Shown here piece by piece: positions 55,786 to 64,000 of a DNA stretch of 64,000 nucleotides. The position numbers and the translations under genes are program-made. Location of the stretch: NCBI GenBank assembly GCA_951406725.2, contig OX597817.1, forward strand, positions 94,240,001 through 94,304,000. Reading direction: 5' to 3'. Under the pieces are notes generated by a model. It had not been told where the DNA came from and did not search any database. It worked only from the letters and a program-made list of their open reading frames with translations. This DNA comes from Octopus vulgaris (taxonomy: Eukaryota). How positions within the stretch are numbered: the first letter of the stretch is position 1; every line of letters begins with the position of its first letter.

Positions 55786-55898
55786 TATATCTACACACAC
55801 AAACACACACATACATACATATATACATACACACATACTTACATACATACATACATACATAAATACATACATACATACATACATACATACATACGTAC

Positions 55899-55929
<31 letters not shown>

Positions 55930-55984
55930 CATACATACATACATACATACATACATACGTGTGTGTGTGTGTGTGTGTGTGTGT

Positions 55985-56285
55985 GGAGGTGCAATGGCCC
56001 GGTTGTTAGGGCAGTGGACTCGCGGTCGTAGGATCGCGGTTTCGATTCCCAGACCGGGCGTTGTGAGTGTTTATTGAGCGAAAACACCTAAAAGCTCCAC
56101 GATGCTCCGGCAGGGCGTGGTGGCGATCCCTGCTGTACTCTTTCTCCACAACTTTCTCCCACCCTTTCTTCTGTTGGCCTCTCGCTTAGCCAGTGGTGTG
56201 GCGTCATTTGAAGGCTAAAAGGATGCGAAGCGCATAGTGACCAGCAACATGTAGCAACATCTGATAGCCTGGTCGGTCATGTGAT

Positions 56286-56292
<7 letters not shown>
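55985..56292 (+). mobile_element. tRNA-derived SINE family C (possibly tRNA-Arg-related head)
   Basis: A-box TGGCCCGGTTG, B-box GTTTCGATTCC, tRNA-like GGACTCGCGGTC, non-tRNA body. Confidence 0.8.
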
Positions 56293-56651
<359 letters not shown>

Positions 56652-56776
56652 CTGATAGATAGATAGGTAGATAGATAGATAGATACATAGATAGATAGAT
56701 ACATAGATAGATGTGTTTGGCGAGATTCGACAGTTGTTAGAGCATTGTATAGATTGCTCGCGCCATTCGATCAATT

Positions 56777-56896
<120 letters not shown>

Positions 56897-56914
56897 CATC
56901 ATCATCATCATCAT

Positions 56915-57470
56915 CATTATTTTCATTTTATCGTCTTTGCACAGCTTCTAATGCAGGAAATGTACTACCGTGCCAATGAACTAAGGTAACACCATTTATA
57001 TTCCGAGCACCATCTTCTAGGATGTGCTGTTTTCTGCAAGAGCTCCAATGTTATTGCAACCCCTATTTGTTCCATGTACTTCTCAAAATTTTTACTCAGT
57101 GCTCCCTGGGCTTTAACAATTATTGGTACTACTAACAGATTTTTCAGCGACCACAACTGCTTAACCTCCCAAGTTAACCTATCAAGTCTATCAACTTTTC
57201 TTTCTTACTTCATACCTTGTTGTCAACTGGGCATGCTATATCTATGATCCAGCATAGTTTGCTTTTTTTCTCAATTAAGACTATGTCTAGCTTCCTATTC
57301 TCTATCTCATGGCCGCACTGAATCATAAAATCCCATAGCATCTTTGTATTATCATTTTCAATGATGCTTTTGGGTTTATGTTCGTACCACTTTTTTGCTC
57401 TATGAAGTCCATACTTGTTGCAAAGGGTCCAATGGACAATCATGGCTATATTGTCATGACGTCTCTTATA
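56915..57470 (-). mobile_element. R4/Dong RLE 3' fragment with (TAA)/(TGA) tail
   Basis: KRRHDNIA.IVHW.LC, LWDF.IQC.HEIENRKLDIV, IIDIACP. Confidence 0.85.
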
Positions 57471-57536
57471 TATAAAAAAGAAAAATTTCATAGAAAAAAA
57501 ATTCAGGAATTCAATAACTCAACGAGGGGAACATCA

Positions 57537-57597
<61 letters not shown>

Positions 57598-57794
57598 CTT
57601 TTTCTATCAGTAATTAAAAATAGAACAAGTTGACTTGGTTCTTTTCATGGCAAAGGAAAGCGTAACAGTTAATTGATGGATTTTGTAAAACAAAATACAG
57701 TATAGAGACAGATTGAAAGGAATTTGAGGATTTCATCCTCAAAACCTCCAAGCACAGACTCTTAATTAAAATGTCGTTAGACGTTCATAAAACT

Positions 57795-58160
57795 ACTAGC
57801 AGCTAAGCCCGGTTTCACCCGGTCGGTTTGGATGAGGAGGCTGTAAAACCTGCTCTGTGTAAGCATTTGACTTGTTTGGGTACGTTTACGTTAAAAAACA
57901 ATTTTAGAATGGATTTTTCCTGTCAAAACGCTAAAAATAACTGACCCCCCAAAAAAGACAACCAAGATTCAACCAAATAAAAAAAAATAACCCAAATACT
58001 AAGCGACCAAAGCTGCAAAACAACAGAGGCAAACATAAAATTAAAAGAAAAATTAAAAGAAATTAAAAAATAGGTGAAAAATCTTTTAAATTTTCAAAGG
58101 TCAAGTCAGATTTTTCATGGGCGTGCTAGTCTCAGATACATGGACCGAAATAAATTTTTC
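57795..58160 (-). mobile_element. Helitron-like non-autonomous element, 3' end
   Basis: Minus strand CCGG-gtgaaa-CCGG hairpin followed by GCTTAGCTGCTAG then T. Confidence 0.55.
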
Positions 58161-58254
58161 AATCACTGGTACTGTAGTCGCCTTGAGATGCCACATTTTC
58201 CCTATTTCACACTCGGCAAGAAATGGAAGCAAATTTGAAAGAAGAAAAACCCAT

Positions 58255-58259
<5 letters not shown>

Positions 58260-58308
<49 letters not shown>

Positions 58309-58317
58309 ATAATAATA

Positions 58318-58391
<74 letters not shown>

Positions 58392-58490
58392 TAACAATAA
58401 CAATAACAACAGCAGCAACAACAACAACAACAATAACAACAATAACAATAACGACGACGACAACGACGACGACGATGATGATGATGATGA
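58260..58490. repeat. (TAA)/(CAA)/(GAC)/(GAT) compound microsatellite
   Basis: Direct inspection. Confidence 0.95.
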
Positions 58491-58491
58491 T

Positions 58492-59053
58492 AAAAAATGC
58501 CCATATGCAGTACCAGGCAGTGGCTCTCATGGCTTCTGATCTTAACTGATTGGAAGTGTTATCATGTACATTGTTTTGTCTTGGTATAAAAGATGGGCTA
58601 CAGCAAATATTCTGCTCAATACCACAGATTTGCTTGTCAGTTGTTTGACCTTAACCAGTTGAGCATGTTCCTTAGTGGCTGATGATATGTGCATCTTTGA
58701 TCATGAGCAGAAGTAGTGGGGGAGCATCATAGCCATGTGTTGAGAGGGATTCTTTGGGGTTTGAATAATTCACCTCTGGAAACATGGGTGGTTTTTTCAA
58801 CATCCTTAAACAACTCTTATTCAGAGACCGTTTGAGCGGGATGGGCTACTCAACCTGAAGAAAATTCTAACTGGGCCCCACCTGCAAGGTCATGTGCTGT
58901 TTATATTGATATGAGATCACCATGTCGCGCACATATGGTTGTGATGCATGTGCCTGGTGTACCCTAATCAGACGGGTAGTCATGATGGGTATATTGGGCT
59001 TCGTATATTTTATCCCAGTGTCACTTTGATGGCATGAACTGCTTTCTCACTCA
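58492..59053 (+). mobile_element. ~560-bp non-coding retroposon embedded in (TAA)n
   Basis: No long ORF, no obvious tRNA boxes; ends CTCACTC then (AAT)n; second copy at 13980-14130. Confidence 0.75.
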
Positions 59054-59074
59054 ATAATAATAATAATAATGATA

Positions 59075-61822
59075 AAAATAATATTTTCCTTCTTTCTTCA
59101 AATTTTCTTCCATTACATGCCGAGTATTTTCCGTACACCTAGGGCAGAGAAGCTTATTGTATGCATTCCCAGATTACACACACAAATTCACAGGAAAAAT
59201 ATGTATTTAAAAAAAATTAATAAATAAATAAATTCGTGAATGGATGTTGTTTTCACAGCGATAATGCGCTTCTTAGTACATGAGTCGTTCCAGTTAACAC
59301 GATTTTTTGCACTTCCTGTAGGGATGGTAAGCCTGGTATCATTTTCAAATATGTTTCAGTACCTTTCTTTTATCATTCCTAGAGATCCTACAATCACTGG
59401 TACTGTAGTCACCTTGAGATGCCATATTTTTTTCAATTTCTATTAGCATGTCTTTATATTTACTGATCTTGTCAAATTCTTTCGCTGCTATATTGTGATC
59501 GCAAGGAATACTCATGACAATTAATAAACACACTTTTTTCGTCTGATCTTTTATAATAATATCCGGTTTATTAGCTTTTATAGTTTTGTCGGTATGTACG
59601 GGGAAGTCCCAGAGAATCGACACATTTTCTCCCTCAGTCAAAGATTCAGGATGGTGTTTATACCATTTGAGAGCGGTTTTGATTTTATAATGCCGACATA
59701 TTGTCCAGTGTAAATACTGGTCGACTCTGTCATGTCTTGCTTTATATTCTGCAGGTGCTAAGACTCTACACCCTGAGATGACGTGGTCTATAGTTTCAAT
59801 CTCATCGTTACAGAATCGTTATTTTGGGTCAGCTCCATTTTTTATCACATTGGCTTGGTAGTTCCGGGTTAAAAAGCTTTGGTCTTGAGCAGCTAATATG
59901 AAACATTTACTCTCTGCTTTTAGCCCCGAGCTTCGTAACCATTGATGCGTGTGTTTCTGGTAGACATCAGCTTGTTTGCTACGGGCCACATACTTGCCAT
60001 GCAGGGGTTTCTGTTGCTATCTGGTAGATAATTTTTCATGTGCTTTTGTCTTTGCAATTAATTTTATTTTCTTTGCAGCAGCAGTTGGCGCATTTCCTTC
60101 AACCTGATCAATCTGGTAGGTGTCAACGAGATCACTAGCGAATTTTTTGCTCTCTTTCAGAACAGAATGAAGTTTTTTCGGTCTGTCATGTTTTCCAAAA
60201 AGTTTTAGCATCTAATCGTTGGTTGGCCAGTCCAATTGTGGTGGTTTTGTATGTAAGTTCAAGCTGGATCAAGCCTCGACCTCCCTGAGCTCTGGGAAGG
60301 TAAAGATGATCGACGTCTGCCTTGGATGGTGCATCTTATTACAAGTCAGTAGCTTGCGGATTTTTCTGTCAATTTTCATTATTTCACTCGTATTCCAGTT
60401 AAGCACATTGAAGCTATAAAGAACAACTGGTACTGCCAAGGAATTTATGGCTAACACATTATATGCATTCAGCCCAGGCTTCAGGATTACTCAAACGCTT
60501 CTATAACATTCCTTCCTAACCTTCTCTTTCATGCTTGCATGCTTGATACCAGAGCCTTCATTTATTCCTAGATATTTATAGGTTTGCTCCTGCTCAAGTT
60601 CCTTTATTACTGTTTCGACATCTAATTCGATTGAACTTGACTTTATCAATTTTTCTTTCTTAAAAGTGGCTTTGGCACACTTTTCCAGGCCAAACTCCAT
60701 CCCGATATCATCACTGAATCCTTTCACAGTATGTAATAATCCTTCAAGCTCTTCATCAGCTTTGCCATATAGTTTTAAATCATCCATATAAAATAGACGG
60801 CTTATTTTCCTGTTGTCAATTTTGTAGCCATATCCTGTTCTATTCAGTTCACCTGAGAGTGGTATTAGGGCTATGCAGAAAATTAGTGGTGAAAGTGAGT
60901 CACCTTGGAAAAGACCACAGTATATGCTAATATTGTTTGAGCGCAATACTCCATTAGAATGATATAATTGGTGTCTCGTGTTCCATAGTGACATATTATA
61001 CTTTAAAAAATCTGAAATCACAAGAGAAATTTTGAAAATGTCCAGCGATTTCAGAATCCACGAATGTGGTATGCTGTCAAGTACTTTTTTATAATCAATC
61101 CATGAAAAGCTGAGATTTCTGCGCCTGTTATGGCAGTTCTCAAGGATCATGCGATTAATTAGGAGCTGATCTTCGCATCCGTATGAGTCTCGTCTGCATC
61201 CTTCTTGTTCAGTGGGAAAGAGGTTATTCTCTTCCATAAACGTATATGTTTTCTCTACTAGAATAGATGTCAAAATATTAAAGGTAGTAGACAAACATGT
61301 TATAAGCCGGTAATTTTTTGGGTCTTTCGCTTTGTTATTTTTGGGGAGGAGGTAAGTAATACTATTTGCTATCCAATGGTGTGTTTTTTCCGGGTCTTTC
61401 ATAATACTATTAAATAGTGTTACTAACATTTTGTGTGCAGACGAGAGTGATGAGAGCCAGAAATTTGGTACTTAATCAATACCAGGGGATTTCTACTTAT
61501 GAGCCTTCGTTAGTGCCCTCCTTAGGTCGGCGATTGAGATGTCTTACCACACCTGTTCTTGTAGATCTTTGTAGTCATCATGGGTGCATTTGATTCAGTC
61601 TGCATTTTCATTGTATGGTTTCTCATCACTCCAGATCTCCTTCCAAAAGTTTTCAACTTCTTCCATTAGGGGTGGATTTTCAATGGTTAGTTTTTCTTTC
61701 CCTATTTCTCTGTAAACTGATTTGGCATTGGATTTGAACATCTTATTTTGTCTGTAGAATTTGATTCTTTTCTCAAATCTACGTATTCTCTGAGCTTTTG
61801 CTTTTGCTTTTGCCGTCATTAC
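59075..61822 (-). mobile_element. R4/Dong element family D, decayed RT-CCHC-RLE
   Basis: ORF 60491-61429 NYR.ITCL, WIDYKK, GLFQGDSLSP, YMDDLKLY; ILWDFPVHTDKTIKANKPDI. Confidence 0.93.
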
Positions 61823-62155
61823 TTTCTGAGTTCAAATTCCGCTGAGTTCAACTTTACCTTTCATCCTTTCGGGGTCGACTAAATAACTGCCAGTTACGCA
61901 CTGGGGTTGATGTAATCGACTTAATCCTCTATCCACAAGCAGCCCTTGTGGAAAAAATTGGAAATTATTATTGTTATTATCATTATTATTAGGCGTCAGC
62001 ACGCCGGGTGAAATGCTTAGTGGTATTTCGTCTGCCGCTACGTTCTGAATTGAAATTCCGCCGAGGTCGACTTTGCCTTCCATCCTTTCAAGGTCGATAT
62101 AATCGACTTAACTCCTCTCCCAAATTTGAGGTCTTGTGCTTCCAGTAGAAAGGAT
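61822..62155 (+). mobile_element. Two SINE family B copies
   Basis: TTCTGAGTTCAAATTCCGC...TCATCCTTTCGGGGTCGA present twice. Confidence 0.85.
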
Positions 62156-62159
62156 TACC

Positions 62160-63900
62160 ATTTTTATTTTCTCTTTATCACAAGTTTTGTTGGAACTCCT
62201 GGAGTCTTGCATGTGTAGCAGGCTTATTTTCTACAGCCTACGGTACCATGCTATTCTTTCTTTTCAGCTATCTAGTAATTTCATGATTATTCTGGCCGTG
62301 CCAAGGAGGCAAACCTTTTGTAACAGCTCTACTGGGTACTCTATTCCAATTTCCTTTATATTCCCCTTGATGCCTTCTGATACTGTTCCCAAGAAACTGT
62401 TCTATATATTTGTTTGCTTTTCTTGATATCATAATAATAATATTTGCTCAATCTTACAAACGTTTTCAGCGATGTGGTTTTGTCGACCGGGACTGCATCA
62501 TCAACCAGGAGATAAGTCTTTTCCATAAGATTTTTCACAATGAGGTCTGGTCAGTTTTCCTGTATTTTCCGATCAACCTGAATACTGAAATTCAAAAAGA
62601 GGCTTACCTTGGCATTCTGAGTAACTTGTGTTCCTACCAACTGTTTTTGTCAGGGAGGCTGTATGTGCAGTATATTGACCAGTGTATGTGTTAAGCTGCC
62701 CTGTCATGAGTTTGCAAGTATTTTGTTCGTGCCAGTCTACTGCATCCAGAGATTATATTGTCAATTATTTGTGAGTACTCTCCGCATAAGCGGTATGATG
62801 AGTTGCTTTCATATTGCAGGAAATTAATCTGGTAATTCCTAGTTGGAAGGAACTGGTCCTGAGCAGCAATGATATACCTCTCAGTGTCTGGTCAATGAGT
62901 AAGTATTGATCTACAATAGGCTCCCTGATTATAGTAAGGTATTTGCCATGCAGTGGTCTTCATTACCAATTTCTCAACATATTGGAGGTTTATTTGTTTT
63001 GCTATGGTCTTTATTTGTTTTGCATGGTCAGTTGGGGACCTATTTTCATCTGGCACTGGTTTTATCATGTTGCATTTCTCGGAGGTATATTTTCGTGTTT
63101 TTTTATTTATTTATTTTTTATTTTTCAGAACCGACATTAACATCCAGGTGTTTGCTTGTTGCAGATAAGCAGAAATCTCATTTTTCCAGTTTTTAATAAG
63201 AGTTAGGATTGTATTAACTCCTGACCGCTTTCTTTTTGGGGGCCTATATTCGGTCTGTATCTGATTTTGGGTGATGCATACGATGCGTTGTCAATCAACT
63301 TTGTGGATCCCGGAGAGGGACAAGTTTATAATATTGAAGCTGTATATGATTATGGGCATAGTCAATGTGCTTATGACCTCAATTTTAGAATGACCCTTAC
63401 TCTTCGGTATAACTCCTTCCCTATCTTTTCTGTGGGTGTTTAATGCCACCTCTTACACATTCTTCTAAATACTTATAATTGCGATGATGTTAAAATCCTT
63501 TATCTATGTGTCTCTAGGGTGATGTTGCATGTGTTTGATATTTTCCCTCGGTAACTGTAATCTTAGAGCATTTGTCGAGTCCAAATTCCGTATTGATACT
63601 ATCACTAAATTATTTGACTGTGTGTAGGAGTTCTTGCAGTTATTGGTCAATTTTGCGAAAAGTTTCAGGTCATCCATATGGAGGAGATAATCAACTGTTT
63701 TTCTGTATACCCTGTATCCATAATTTGTTTAATCCAGGAGTTTATTAGACGAAAGAGAGCTAAGCAAAATAATAAAGGAGATAACGAGTCTCCTTCAAAG
63801 AGCTTCTTGGCAAGGTGTGCTTTTGATACTCAGTCGAGTAGAGGGATACTAAGGGGAGCATGGGAATTGCGGGCGCGAGCCTGAGTGAAACCACCTGTAT
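62160..63900 (-). mobile_element. Old R4/Dong element relic
   Basis: Minus-strand LHMDDLKLFAK near 63660-63685; IAAQDQ..PTRNY near 62830-62870. Confidence 0.75.
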
Positions 63901-64000
63901 TGATGACATTGCATGAGCAATGGACAATGATTGTCATCCTCGGTTAATAATGGACAGCCATCATGCACGCATGTATGTATGTATGTATGTATGTATGTAT

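Noticed and set aside
55985-56060. Possible tRNA gene
   Set aside because: A and B boxes are present but there is no proper acceptor stem or terminator, and it continues into a SINE body

Overview
AT-rich, microsatellite-dense eukaryotic genomic DNA made almost entirely of transposable elements. The SINE families suggest a coleoid cephalopod, probably Octopus (inference from recognition, not a database search). No host protein-coding gene can be supported. Contents: (i) many R4/Dong-type non-LTR retrotransposon relics (RT plus CCHC plus restriction-like endonuclease) sitting in (TAA)n tracts, including a same-orientation train of four different elements at 13.9-23.9 kb; (ii) a 4.4-kb CR1-type LINE with a 6-bp TSD, carrying a 500-bp templated copy of DNA from 3.4 kb upstream; (iii) numerous Penelope-like elements (PLEs; Neptune-like and Naiad-like) in (TA)n tracts, with inverted terminal arms and about 15 hammerhead-ribozyme-like motifs, several with non-canonical cores; (iv) tiny fold-back palindromic PLE derivatives; (v) decayed mariner and Tc1 transposons, Helitron-like ends, an RTE fragment and at least four tRNA-derived SINE families. 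Most listed ORFs are microsatellite artefacts. All ribozyme folds and alignments were made by eye.
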